DNA of 64,000 bases from Blastocatellia bacterium. Lineage in GTDB: Bacteria; Acidobacteriota; Blastocatellia; UBA7656. Positions within the stretch are counted from its first letter, which is position 1, and each line of letters begins with the position of its first letter. Where the stretch lies: the NCBI GenBank assembly GCA_963765495.1, contig CAVXWP010000001.1, forward strand, positions 1,152,001 through 1,216,000, read 5' to 3'. Positions 39,168 to 48,679 of this stretch are shown here, in pieces. The position numbers and the translations under genes were made by a program. The notes below the pieces were generated by a model. The model did not search any database and was not told where the DNA came from. It saw only the letters and a list, made by a program, of their open reading frames with translations.

Positions 39168-40436
39168 ATGAACATAACCGGCATCAGAGAGAATACGAGG
39201 CTTGCGCTCGAAACCCTGACGGCGCATAAATTCCGCGCGGCCCTGACTATTCTGGGTGTATTCATCGGCGTGCTTGTGATCGTGCTGATGGCGGCGGTCT
39301 TGAACGGTTTCCGCCAGACGGTGCTCGATCAGGCCGAAAGCTTTGGCACCCGCAATGTCTATCTGTGGCGCTATCCTTTTATTCAAACGGGGAGGCTTCC
39401 TGCGGAAGTCCTCAATCGTAAACCGCTTACGCTCGGAGACGCTCAGGCCATCGAGCAGGAAGTGGACGCCGCCGAATACATCTATGCCGGTTTGATCTAC
39501 GGCCTGCCGCCGCCCGGAGAGATGCCGCCCGCGCCGCCCGAGGCTCATTACCGCGACCGCGTTATGAGCCGCCCGCGCGTCATAGGGAATTTTCCCGTGG
39601 CCGAGCTTGTCATGAACGTGCCCGTAGGCGAGGGCCGGTATTTCAACGAAGTTGAGACCGAGCACCGCGCCTATGTTTGCGTTTTAGCCTTTAACGTGGT
39701 CGAGGCGCTCTTCCCTTATGAAGACCCTATAGGCAAGACGATCAATGTGGGCGGTCAGGATTTCGTAGTCATTGGAACGGTCAAAAAGCAAAAAGCAGGT
39801 CCGTTCGGCTCTGAAAATCAGGAGGACAACGACATATTCATCCCTTACTGGACGTTTCACAAGATGTACCCGGCCGTCGACGACCATTTTATTATCATCC
39901 GCATGCGCGAAGGCCGGATGAGCGAAGGGATAGATAAGATCGAGCAGGTTCTGCGCCGCCGCCGCAATGTGTCTCTTCACGCAGAAAATAATTTTGAGGT
40001 AGGCACTCCCGATTCTTTTATCTCCACATTTGATGACATAGTAAGCGCGGTCTTTGGGGTGATGATGATCATCTCTTCGATAGCCTTTATGGTGGGCGGC
40101 GTAGGCGTAATGAACATCATGCTTGTCGCAGTCACCGAGCGCACGCGTGAAATTGGGATAAGAAAAGCCGTGGGCGCTCGTCGCTCCGACATAATTCTGC
40201 AATTTCTGACCGAAGCCGTGACGCTGACCGGATTGGGTGGGATAGCCGGTCTGTTATCCGGCTGGTTTCTGGCCGTGACGGTTACGGCGCTTGTGCCTGA
40301 TCTGGCTATGACGATACCTGTCTGGGCTGCCGGTTTCGGATTTTTCGGCTCCGTTATGGTAGGCATCGTATTCGGACTATGGCCCGCAATGAAGGCGGCA
40401 CGACTCGACCCCATTGTCGCGCTCAGACACGAATGA
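39168..40436 (+). CDS. MacB/FtsX-type ABC permease
   Basis: VGGVGVMNIMLVAVTERTREIGIRKAVGA, LDPIVALRHE. Confidence 0.92.
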   Translation: MNITGIRENTRLALETLTAHKFRAALTILGVFIGVLVIVLMAAVLNGFRQTVLDQAESFGTRNVYLWRYPFIQTGRLPAEVLNRKPLTLGDAQAIEQEVDAAEYIYAGLIYGLPPPGEMPPAPPEAHYRDRVMSRPRVIGNFPVAELVMNVPVGEGRYFNEVETEHRAYVCVLAFNVVEALFPYEDPIGKTINVGGQDFVVIGTVKKQKAGPFGSENQEDNDIFIPYWTFHKMYPAVDDHFIIIRMREGRMSEGIDKIEQVLRRRRNVSLHAENNFEVGTPDSFISTFDDIVSAVFGVMMIISSIAFMVGGVGVMNIMLVAVTERTREIGIRKAVGARRSDIILQFLTEAVTLTGLGGIAGLLSGWFLAVTVTALVPDLAMTIPVWAAGFGFFGSVMVGIVFGLWPAMKAARLDPIVALRHE

Positions 40437-40514
40437 AGATTTGAGATTTGAAAATTGAGATGCCTTGATCGGAATTCCCTTTAACTCAAAATTCAAAATT
40501 CAAAATTCAAAACT
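40437..40514. repeat. Heptamer-armed element (GATTTGA left, AATTCAA right) between convergent genes
   Basis: GATTTGAGATTTGAAAATTGA...AACTCAAAATTCAAAATTCAAAATTCAAAACT. Confidence 0.75.
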
Positions 40515-40518
40515 GATT

Positions 40519-40959
40519 TCAGTAGGTGGGGAAGGCGTACTCTTTGTACAGGTCGGCGCGTTCTTTTTCCTCTTCGACGCTCATCGTGATGCAGTCGCGC
40601 ATCGAGACCATCCCCAGAAATTTTTCGTTCTCGTCTTCGACTATCAGATGGTAGACGCCTTTATCGTGCATGAGTTGCATGGCCTGACTGCACTGGGCGT
40701 CGGAGTCGATTTTGATCAGGTTTTCGCTTGCGATTGCCTGTACGTTCACCTCTGCCGGGCGATAGTTTTCGGCTACGACCTTATCGGATATATCGCTTTG
40801 AGAGAGGACGCCTACGATCTTGCCCGACAGGTTGTAAACACCTGCCGCCCGTATGCCCCGATCTTTCAGATAGCGCGCAGCTTCGGCCACCGTCATCTGA
40901 TTCGAGATGCTGTAAACCTCTTTTCTGTCTTTGATGATGTCGCTCACGGTTTTCGACAT
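40519..40959 (-). CDS. CBS domain-containing protein
   Basis: Tandem CBS pattern (IVGVLSQSD, LGMVSMRD). Confidence 0.85.
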   Translation of the reverse strand: MSKTVSDIIKDRKEVYSISNQMTVAEAARYLKDRGIRAAGVYNLSGKIVGVLSQSDISDKVVAENYRPAEVNVQAIASENLIKIDSDAQCSQAMQLMHDKGVYHLIVEDENEKFLGMVSMRDCITMSVEEEKERADLYKEYAFPTY

Positions 40960-41091
40960 AATGCCCTCCAGAAGGTTTATTATTCTCAGCGCGTTGACTG
41001 ATTCAGCTTACGGCAATAATAGCAGACAACAGCCTGGTTGTCGATAAACGGCATTAATCTCTCGATAAACGGGATGAATCAAGCCCGCGCG

Positions 41092-42528
41092 CTAACGGCT
41101 TGAAACGACGGAGTTGGCAGGGAGAATTTCCTTTCGCGCATTCGGCGAGACATTCCTGTTTGCGATAGGGAAACGCAGTTGAACCAAGAGACCTCCCGCC
41201 TCGGCGTTTGAAGCCGTTATCGTTCCGCCGTGGATTTTTACCGCGCGCTGGCTTATCGAAAGCCCCAGACCGATGCCTCCAGATTGCCTGTCCCTTGCAT
41301 CGGTGACTCGATAAAAAGGGAGAAATATTTTCTCAAGAGCAGCCTGGGGAACGCCTTCTCCCTGATCCAGAACGCTTATAACGGCCTGCGAGTTTTCTGC
41401 TTTGACTTCGCATTGCAACCGGACCTCGACATCGGTTCCGTCGGCAGTATAAGTTACCGCGTTTCGAATCACGTTTTCGATGGCGCTGCGCAGAAGTTGT
41501 TTGTTTCCGTCTATTAGGCAATCTTCGGCTGTGACTATTTTTACCTCGCGGTTGTTGTTGCGCGCCTCAAAATCGGCATCCATGACGATTTCACTCACGA
41601 GGCGTTTGAGATCGACCGGATCGGTCTTGGCTACGGGCGACACGCTTTCCAGCCGCGCAAGCGTGAGCAGTTGATTGATGAGATCATCCAGGCGGTCGCC
41701 TTCGCGGTCTATACGGTCAAGCGCCCATCCGACATCTGCCGGGTCGCCCTGTCGCGCCAGTTCAAGAGCTATTTTCAGCCGGGCAAGCGGCGAGCGCAGT
41801 TCGTGGGAAATATCGTGCAGCAACCGCTGTTGTGAAACCATCAGAGACTCGATGCGCTCGGCCATGATGTCGAAATCCCGCCCGAGGTCGGCCAGTTCGT
41901 CGCGTCGTTTATTGTTAGCCGCGCCTACGCGTGCAGAAAGATCGCCCGCCGCCAGTTGCTGGGTCGCCGCTCGAAGCTTGACGACCGGGGAACTGAGATA
42001 TCTGGCGAGCAGGTAGCAAAGCGCGCCGGTCGTCAGGATCACGGCTAACAGTTGCGCCCACCACACCCCGGGCCAGAAAGGCAGACGCAACCATGGAGGA
42101 CGCCCCGATTCACTGGCTATCAGGTATCGGTTTCCGCTCTCGGATTGTATCCAGCGGGTCAGAAAATCGGTCCTTGCCTTCTGGCTGAAATTGTCTCTGC
42201 CCTCCGCGATTGAAAGCCGCGCCATCTCTTCCAGTTCTGGGCTGATTTCTCGCCCTGCCAGTTGATTCCCCTCTTCATCGAAGAGGTGGACGCGCATTCG
42301 CGTGTTGCGTTCGAGCCGTCTCAGATAATCATCCGTAGCGGCTTTTCCTCCCTGTTCGTATTTTTCTGTTACCGTGAGACCATATATCGCAAGCTGCCCG
42401 CCCAAGAAGCCCCTGGCTCCTTTATCAAAGACCATCATGGTTGACAGGGAGTGCGTGAACACGACAAGCCCCATAGCGACCCAGAACCATATAAAGATTC
42501 TCAGAAACAGACTTCGCATACCCGTCAC
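41092..42528 (-). CDS. Sensor histidine kinase (CpxA-like, HAMP-HisKA-HATPase)
   Basis: Two TM, RRDELADL, ISHELRSPL, ENVIRNA, D.G.G, GGIGLGL. Confidence 0.93.
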   Translation of the reverse strand: MTGMRSLFLRIFIWFWVAMGLVVFTHSLSTMMVFDKGARGFLGGQLAIYGLTVTEKYEQGGKAATDDYLRRLERNTRMRVHLFDEEGNQLAGREISPELEEMARLSIAEGRDNFSQKARTDFLTRWIQSESGNRYLIASESGRPPWLRLPFWPGVWWAQLLAVILTTGALCYLLARYLSSPVVKLRAATQQLAAGDLSARVGAANNKRRDELADLGRDFDIMAERIESLMVSQQRLLHDISHELRSPLARLKIALELARQGDPADVGWALDRIDREGDRLDDLINQLLTLARLESVSPVAKTDPVDLKRLVSEIVMDADFEARNNNREVKIVTAEDCLIDGNKQLLRSAIENVIRNAVTYTADGTDVEVRLQCEVKAENSQAVISVLDQGEGVPQAALEKIFLPFYRVTDARDRQSGGIGLGLSISQRAVKIHGGTITASNAEAGGLLVQLRFPIANRNVSPNARKEILPANSVVSSR

Positions 42529-43241
42529 TCCTTTGGCGCGTCTGAGGGGCTTGCGTAAATGTAGCCGACCGAGCGAATGGTCTTTATTCGTTCGATGTCG
42601 TCGATGTAGTGGCCCAGTTTTTTTCGTAGATTGCTGACGTGAGTATCTATGCTGCGGTCGTATGGAGTGAAGGCGCGGCCAAGGACCGACTTTACCAGGT
42701 CTTCACGGGTGATTATGTGCCCGGCTGACCGCATAAGGTTTTCCAGCAGATCGAATTCTACTGTTGTGAGCGTTATCTGCTCGCCCGCCCGCGTGACGAT
42801 CCGCGTTCCTTTGTCTAGTTCCACATCGCCTACGGAAATCCGTTCCGGGCCGGAGGCGGGCGCAGATTCATCCGATTCCACCCTTGTCCGGCGCAGGATG
42901 GCGCGGATTCTTGCGATAAGTTCTCGCGGGTTGAAGGGTTTCGACAGATAATCGTCAGCGCCCATTTCCAGACCCACGATTCTGTCTATATCATCTCCGC
43001 GAGCCGTCAACATCAACACCGGCAGGTTCGACCTGCTTCGGATGCTGCTCAGGCAATCGAATCCATTAAGACCCGGCAACATGACATCCAGAATGACGAG
43101 CGCATGATCGCCTGAAAGGGCGCGTTCTACGCCGATGTCTCCCCTGTGCGTGATGTCAAGCTCAAAGCCCTCGCGGCGAAGATACTTGTCGAGTAACTCG
43201 CATAAATCAACATCATCATCTATGACCAGAATGCGATTCAT
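42525..43241 (-). CDS. OmpR-family response regulator (CpxR-like)
   Basis: ILVIDDD, LDVMLP, MLTARG, DRSIDTHVSNLRKK. Confidence 0.95.
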   Translation of the reverse strand: MNRILVIDDDVDLCELLDKYLRREGFELDITHRGDIGVERALSGDHALVILDVMLPGLNGFDCLSSIRSRSNLPVLMLTARGDDIDRIVGLEMGADDYLSKPFNPRELIARIRAILRRTRVESDESAPASGPERISVGDVELDKGTRIVTRAGEQITLTTVEFDLLENLMRSAGHIITREDLVKSVLGRAFTPYDRSIDTHVSNLRKKLGHYIDDIERIKTIRSVGYIYASPSDAPKE

Positions 43242-43364
43242 CCCTCAACCCTCACTTAGACTTCTCAGGACTGCTCTGTATTTATAATGCTACCACACCA
43301 GATTAATCTAACGATTTCGCAGGCTTGCCTGCCGTAAAGAATTGTCAAGGCATAAGACTCGAAA

Positions 43365-43402
43365 TTGACAAAACTAAAGATGCGCTTGACAAACCCTTGA
43401 CG
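43365..43402 (+). promoter_or_regulatory. Candidate OmpR-type tandem direct-repeat site
   Basis: TTGACAAAACTAAAGA-N5-TTGACAAACCCTTGACG; similar to 46418-46455. Confidence 0.55.
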
Positions 43403-43595
43403 CTGGTTTGGCCAAACGGGGCGTTCCAACATTGCAGAGGATGTTGCAAAAAACTTGGGGCTATACTTTTTTTGCCCGATGGCCGAACGGGCGGCGAACT
43501 CAGACGAGGGTGATCGGAATCTAAGTTTGCTGCGGTAACCTGTCAGCTTCAGGTTCACATTAATCTTTCAACGAAAAAAGGGGAGAACAGTAGTT

Positions 43596-44672
43596 ATGAT
43601 GTTCAGGGTAGGTGGTTTGAATAAATTCGTCTCTACGATAATCGTGATGACGATCCTGTCGGTGCCCATGAGCGCGGTCGCCGCCCATAGCGACGACGCC
43701 CATAAAGACGATGCGGAAAAGAGCGTGCCGAAAACGACCGAGCCGCTCAAGGATAACGAAAATCCTGAGCTTATCGGCAAACGCGACATAAACAAGAGAA
43801 GCATAGACTTCTATTCATTGGAAAAAGAGACCCGACTCGGGCAACAACTGGCTGCCGAAGTCGAAAAGCAAGGCAAGTTTATAACCGACCCGGTCATTAC
43901 CGAGTACATAAATCGTGTGGGCCAGAATATAGTGCTTCACTCGGACGCCAAAGTCCCGTTCACGATTAAAGTGATTGACTCGGCCGATGTAAACGCCTTT
44001 GCCCTGCCGGGCGGGTTTCTCTTTATCAATAGCGGGGCGATTCTTGCCGCCGACAGCGAAGCGGAAATAGCCGGGGTCATGGCTCACGAAATAGGCCACG
44101 TAGCCGCGCGCCACGGCGTCGAGCAGGCATCGAAGGCCACGCTGGCCCAGTATCTTTCGATACCGCTTATATTCGTAGGCGGCCCGCTTGGAGCCATCGC
44201 GCAGAATGCGGCGAATGTGCTTGTGCCGCTTACGTTCCTGAAATTCAGCCGGGGCGCTGAGGAAGAAGCCGACCGGCTTGGTCTTCAATATATGTGGGCA
44301 GCCGGATACGATCCTACGGCGATGCTCAGCTTTTTCGAGAAGCTCAAAGCCAAAGAGGCAAAAGAGCCGGGGATGCTCGCAAAAGTCTTCAGCACTCATC
44401 CGACAACCGGCGACCGTCTGGAAAAGGCTCGCCTCCTGCTTACGCGCTTCCCCGAACGAGACGAATACACCGTCTCGACATCCGAATTCAACAGGGTAAA
44501 ACAGAAGCTGCTTCAGATAACCAATCAGCGCAGCCTCGATAAAACCGATAAAGCGCCCCCTTCACTCAGAAGAAAGCCCTCACGGGGAGATTCAAACGGC
44601 AATGACGGCGAGTCGGACAAGGCCCCGCCCACGCTGAAACGCAAACCGGGCAGCGATGCCGATAATGACTAG
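43596..44672 (+). CDS. M48 family metalloprotease (exported)
   Basis: Signal peptide, NAFALPGG, AHEIGHV, E.EAD, STHP. Confidence 0.92.
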   Translation: MMFRVGGLNKFVSTIIVMTILSVPMSAVAAHSDDAHKDDAEKSVPKTTEPLKDNENPELIGKRDINKRSIDFYSLEKETRLGQQLAAEVEKQGKFITDPVITEYINRVGQNIVLHSDAKVPFTIKVIDSADVNAFALPGGFLFINSGAILAADSEAEIAGVMAHEIGHVAARHGVEQASKATLAQYLSIPLIFVGGPLGAIAQNAANVLVPLTFLKFSRGAEEEADRLGLQYMWAAGYDPTAMLSFFEKLKAKEAKEPGMLAKVFSTHPTTGDRLEKARLLLTRFPERDEYTVSTSEFNRVKQKLLQITNQRSLDKTDKAPPSLRRKPSRGDSNGNDGESDKAPPTLKRKPGSDADND

Positions 44673-44679
44673 CCACGCT

Positions 44680-44762
44680 ACAGGGAACAGGGAACAGGTT
44701 ACGGGTGGCAGAATAGGGAGAGTGTCGCCTCATCGCCTGCTTCCCTGTCTCCTGTCACCTGT
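44680..44762. repeat. Heptamer-armed (ACAGGNN/NNCCTGT) element
   Basis: ACAGGGAACAGGGAACAGGTTACGGG...CCTGCTTCCCTGTCTCCTGTCACCTGT. Confidence 0.75.
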
Positions 44763-44796
44763 GATAATTAAACAGTCGTCTGTCAAAGGAGCAAGC

Positions 44797-46299
44797 ATGC
44801 AAAGTGTTGTTCGATCAGTAAAATTGTCTTCGCTTTCAATCTTTCTGGCTCTGGCCGTTTCGCTTTTACCCGGCGCGGGCGGCGCTGCTCTATGGCGGGC
44901 GCAAGCCTCTGCGCAAAGCACCCCGCCGGCCGTTCAGGGGCGCACAATGCCTTTGCCAGTTTCCCGTTCCCGTGCCTTTATCAACTACAGAAACAGCGGC
45001 TCGGTCGGGTGTCGTGAGGCTACCGAGGCAGAGGCGAGAATGTTAAAAAACCGGGCCGATCCATCTCTTCATATAATCTCTTCCGCCTCTTCTGTAAGCA
45101 GCACACGCACTCAGAACCTTAGCGCGGAAAGCACAGGATTACAGATCATCCTGCGGGCAACCAATCAATTAGAGAACTATCCGAAAGCTAAAGCGGCTTT
45201 CTTAAGCGCCGCCGCCCGCTGGCAATCGCTGATAAGCACTCCGATAACGGTCATCATCGACGTAGACTTCGGGCCTACCTGGTTTGGCGAAAAATATGAC
45301 ACGGATGTTTTGGGTCAGACCGATTCCCAGGACCTCGGCGATGCTTCGATTTACACCGAAGTGCGTAGCGCGCTCACAGGGCTTGGCGCAAACAACAATC
45401 GGGCGGACATCTATAATCAGTTGCCCCTGTACACGGTCCCGACCGACATAGGCAATACCAGTTACGTCGAGGCCCCGTCTGCCGTTTGGCGGTCGCTCGG
45501 TTTCATCAGCGCCACAGCCGACCCTGCCTCCGAAAAGAATACTTTGGGCGATCCGCCCGCCGTCGGGTTCAACTCCGATTTCAGTTATGATTTCAACCCC
45601 GACGATGGCGTTGATTCCAACAAGATTGATTTCGATTCCGTGGCCGTCCACGAGATCGGACACGTCCTCGGATTTACATCCGACACGGGCTACCACGAAC
45701 TGGACCGCACCTTTCCCGTATCCGTCGCGATCTGGGATCTTTTCCGTTTTCGACCGGGCGCAAGCTTCAATACCTTTGCCGCCTCAGAGCGGGTGCTCTC
45801 TTCGGGAGGCAGTCAGACCTACTTTGATGGAACCGTACAGGCTGCCTTATCAACCGGTCGCCCTGACGGCACGGGTGGAGATAGACAACAGGCGTCTCAT
45901 TGGAAAGATGATCGCCTCACGGGGCAGTACATAGGAGTTATGGACCCGACTCTTTCCGACGGCAAGCGATACGAAATTTCGGCAAATGATATTGCGGCTC
46001 TCAAAAGTTTCGGCTACATCGTAGGCGCAGATCAGGTTGCCGCCGACCTGCCGACCATAAAAAATGTCTCGTTCAACGGGACGAAGCTCAAGATAGTCGG
46101 CAAGCGTTTTATCGGCCAGCTTGAGGTTGAAATCAACGGCCTCGTCGTGACCCCGCAATCCGCGATGACGGTCAACTCGGCAGGCAAAAAGATAAAGATA
46201 AAGGCCGATCAGGGCTCCTTGAATCTTCGAAGCGGCTCAAATCAGGTAGTGGTAATCAGCAACGGCGTCTCTTCCGGCACCTTCACTTTTACCCTGTGA
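44797..46299 (+). CDS. Secreted zinc metalloprotease (HExxH, Met-turn) with C-terminal Ig/IPT-like domain
   Basis: ATG after AAGGAG; signal peptide; VHEIGHVLGF, ASHWKDD, GVMDP. Confidence 0.8.
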   Translation: MQSVVRSVKLSSLSIFLALAVSLLPGAGGAALWRAQASAQSTPPAVQGRTMPLPVSRSRAFINYRNSGSVGCREATEAEARMLKNRADPSLHIISSASSVSSTRTQNLSAESTGLQIILRATNQLENYPKAKAAFLSAAARWQSLISTPITVIIDVDFGPTWFGEKYDTDVLGQTDSQDLGDASIYTEVRSALTGLGANNNRADIYNQLPLYTVPTDIGNTSYVEAPSAVWRSLGFISATADPASEKNTLGDPPAVGFNSDFSYDFNPDDGVDSNKIDFDSVAVHEIGHVLGFTSDTGYHELDRTFPVSVAIWDLFRFRPGASFNTFAASERVLSSGGSQTYFDGTVQAALSTGRPDGTGGDRQQASHWKDDRLTGQYIGVMDPTLSDGKRYEISANDIAALKSFGYIVGADQVAADLPTIKNVSFNGTKLKIVGKRFIGQLEVEINGLVVTPQSAMTVNSAGKKIKIKADQGSLNLRSGSNQVVVISNGVSSGTFTFTL

Positions 46300-46313
46300 C
46301 GAATGTCCTATTT

Positions 46314-46418
46314 GCGTGATTCGTGATTCGTGATTTAGCTGGCTTCGTAAGAGTCTTTTGCAGGCAGGCACCCTGAGAATCACGAATCACGAATCACGCA
46401 TCACTCTCCACGCATCAC
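46314..46418. repeat. Heptamer-armed (CGTGATN) palindromic element
   Basis: GCGTGATTCGTGATTCGTGATT...AATCACGAATCACGAATCACGCATCAC. Confidence 0.85.
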
Positions 46419-46455
46419 TCACAAATCTTCACACAAGGCTGACAAACACTTAACG
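46418..46455 (+). promoter_or_regulatory. Candidate OmpR-type tandem direct-repeat site
   Basis: CTCACAAATCTTCACA-N5-CTGACAAACACTTAACG. Confidence 0.5.
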
Positions 46456-46574
46456 TCACGATCCGAGGGTTGATCGTTCTAAGCATATGAGAACGGTTAT
46501 TGCAATGGGCGGAAAGCTATTGTGATCCGCGCTTTCGTTGAAACCAGATAAAGAAAAAGGATGATGAGGTAAGG

Positions 46575-47603
46575 ATGAAAAAGGTATCAAACCATTCGAT
46601 CAGCAGACGCGATACGTTGCGCCTTATTGGGGCGGCAGGCGCTACGGCGCTTGTCGGATGGGCAGGCAGGCCGGCGATGAAGTTTCTGCCGTCGGGCGCA
46701 GGCAGTTCATCGGTGAGCGCAAGCGCTCTTTCCTGCGTGGTGAGGCCGCAGTTGACCGAAGGGCCTTACTTTGTGGATGAAAAACTGAATCGTTCGGATA
46801 TCAGAACGGACCCCTCGACCGGTACGGTAAGACCGGGAACGCCGTTGCAATTGGTATTCAACATCAGCCGCGTCAACGGCGCGACCTGCACCGATCTCTC
46901 AGGCGCCTACGTAGACGTATGGCACTGCGACGCGGGGGGCAGCTATTCCGATGTCAGGGACGGGGGATTTGATACGCGCGGGCAGAAATATCTGCGCGGG
47001 TATCAGGTGACCGACACAAATGGAACGGCGGAGTTTTTGACCATCTATCCGGGCTGGTATTCAGGCCGCGCCGTCCATATTCATTTCAAGATTCGGCTCT
47101 TTGCCGGTTCTAACAAGACCTATGAGTTTACATCGCAACTCTTCTTCGACGATTCGCTGACCGATCAGGTCTATACGCAAAGCCCCTATAACTCGAAGGG
47201 CACGCGCAACACGCGCAACAATCAGGACGGCATCTATAACCAGGGCGGTTCCCAACTATTGTTAAACGTGACTCAGGACGGGCAGGGGTATCGGGCGGTT
47301 TTCGATATCGGGCTTGAGGGGATCACCGAGACCGAACCGCCAACCGAGCCGCCGGTTATTACCGGCGGCTTTATCGAAGGTAAAAAGCTGATTATCACGG
47401 GCGCAAATTTCGCCACCGGCGCAAAGCTTTTTATGAACGGCATAAAGCAGAAGACCAAAAACGACCAGTCAAGCCCGGCAACCACGCTGATTGCCAAAAA
47501 GACCGGCAAGAAGATCACCGTGGGCGATACCGTCACGCTTCAGGTCAAAAATACCGACAACTCGCTCTCAAATGAATTTCTTTATACACGCTCCAGTGAA
47601 TGA
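46575..47603 (+). CDS. Tat-exported intradiol ring-cleavage dioxygenase-family protein with C-terminal Ig/IPT-like domain
   Basis: SRRDTL Tat motif, TEGPYF, VDVWHCDA.G.YS, LRGYQVTD, TIYPGWY.GRAVHIHF. Confidence 0.9.
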   Translation: MKKVSNHSISRRDTLRLIGAAGATALVGWAGRPAMKFLPSGAGSSSVSASALSCVVRPQLTEGPYFVDEKLNRSDIRTDPSTGTVRPGTPLQLVFNISRVNGATCTDLSGAYVDVWHCDAGGSYSDVRDGGFDTRGQKYLRGYQVTDTNGTAEFLTIYPGWYSGRAVHIHFKIRLFAGSNKTYEFTSQLFFDDSLTDQVYTQSPYNSKGTRNTRNNQDGIYNQGGSQLLLNVTQDGQGYRAVFDIGLEGITETEPPTEPPVITGGFIEGKKLIITGANFATGAKLFMNGIKQKTKNDQSSPATTLIAKKTGKKITVGDTVTLQVKNTDNSLSNEFLYTRSSE

Positions 47604-47640
47604 AGCCGGTGAATGAAGAATGTTAAGAGGATAGGTGTTT

Positions 47641-47784
47641 CAGCAATTCTCGGTTTAGAGGAAATCGCACCGGGATATACCACGAAACAGACTAAATACA
47701 CGAATAATTCTTCTATTTCGTGTGCTTCGTGTATTTCGTGGTTCACTTTTTGTTAAGACAGAATTTCTAAACCGAGAATTGCTG
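47641..47784. mobile_element. 144-bp MITE with 19-bp TIRs and 9-bp target-site duplication
   Basis: TIR CAGCAATTCTCGGTTTAGA (47641-47659 and 47766-47784), flanked by TAGGTGTTT at 47632-47640 and 47785-47793. Confidence 0.85.
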
Positions 47785-47842
47785 TAGGTGTTTGTAAACC
47801 ACCCTCTATCCTTATCAGTCAATAGACCAGGAGGTTAACCTT

Positions 47843-48679
47843 ATGACAAAAAAAATCAGGATCATTACTGCTCTGGCCGTGGTGGCAAGCCTCGCGCTTG
47901 TCTTCATAGCGCAGGGCATCGCTCAGGGGCCGCGACCCGGCAGCAGACGTCCGTCGTTTTCCAGCATCGATAAGAACAGCGACGGCAAAATAGTTCGCGA
48001 TGAGTGGCAGGGTCCGCCCGACCTATTTGATCGAATAGATACAAACGGCGACGGCAGTATAAGTCAGGATGAGTTTAATTCCGCTGCTCCCCCGCAAGGC
48101 CCTCACAGAGGCGGGCCTCCTTTCGGGGGACCTCCTTTCGGGGGGCAACTGATCGGCGCGCTCGATACGGATCAGGACAGTAATCTCTCTCAAACCGAAT
48201 TTAGCCAGGTCGCACAGTTTTTCGATACCCTCGACGGAGATAAAAACGGCGCGCTCACGGCGCAGGAACTGGACCGATTTCCGCAGGTTTTAGGCAGAAA
48301 TGATGCCGGTTCGGAGAGACGGGGACCGGGCCATCCGCCAAATTTCGCCGATCTCGATAGCAACAGCGACGGCAAAATAGTTCGCGATGAGTGGCAGGGT
48401 CCGCCCGACCTATTTGATCGAATAGATACAAACGGCGACGGTGTGATAGTCGAATCGGAACTGGCGAGCCTGCCCGTTCGAAGGCCGCACGACGGCGCTT
48501 CGCCTTTTGGCTCTCACCTGCTCAAATTCCTTGACACCAACGCCGATGATTCTGTTTCGCGTGATGAATTCAATCAATTGACGGGGCTTTTCAGCTCTCT
48601 TGATACGGATCAGAACGGGTTTCTGAGCCTTGCAGAGGTTGGACAACTCTTCAGATCCGTATTCGAAGCGGGCAAATAA
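47843..48679 (+). CDS. Exported multi-EF-hand Ca-binding protein
   Basis: Signal peptide; about 8 DxNxDGxxxxxE loops; internal duplication. Confidence 0.88.
   Translation: MTKKIRIITALAVVASLALVFIAQGIAQGPRPGSRRPSFSSIDKNSDGKIVRDEWQGPPDLFDRIDTNGDGSISQDEFNSAAPPQGPHRGGPPFGGPPFGGQLIGALDTDQDSNLSQTEFSQVAQFFDTLDGDKNGALTAQELDRFPQVLGRNDAGSERRGPGHPPNFADLDSNSDGKIVRDEWQGPPDLFDRIDTNGDGVIVESELASLPVRRPHDGASPFGSHLLKFLDTNADDSVSRDEFNQLTGLFSSLDTDQNGFLSLAEVGQLFRSVFEAGK

Noticed and set aside
37757-40436. Two permeases without adjacent ATPase as a novel system
   Set aside because: Tandem MacB-type permeases with a remote ATPase are common
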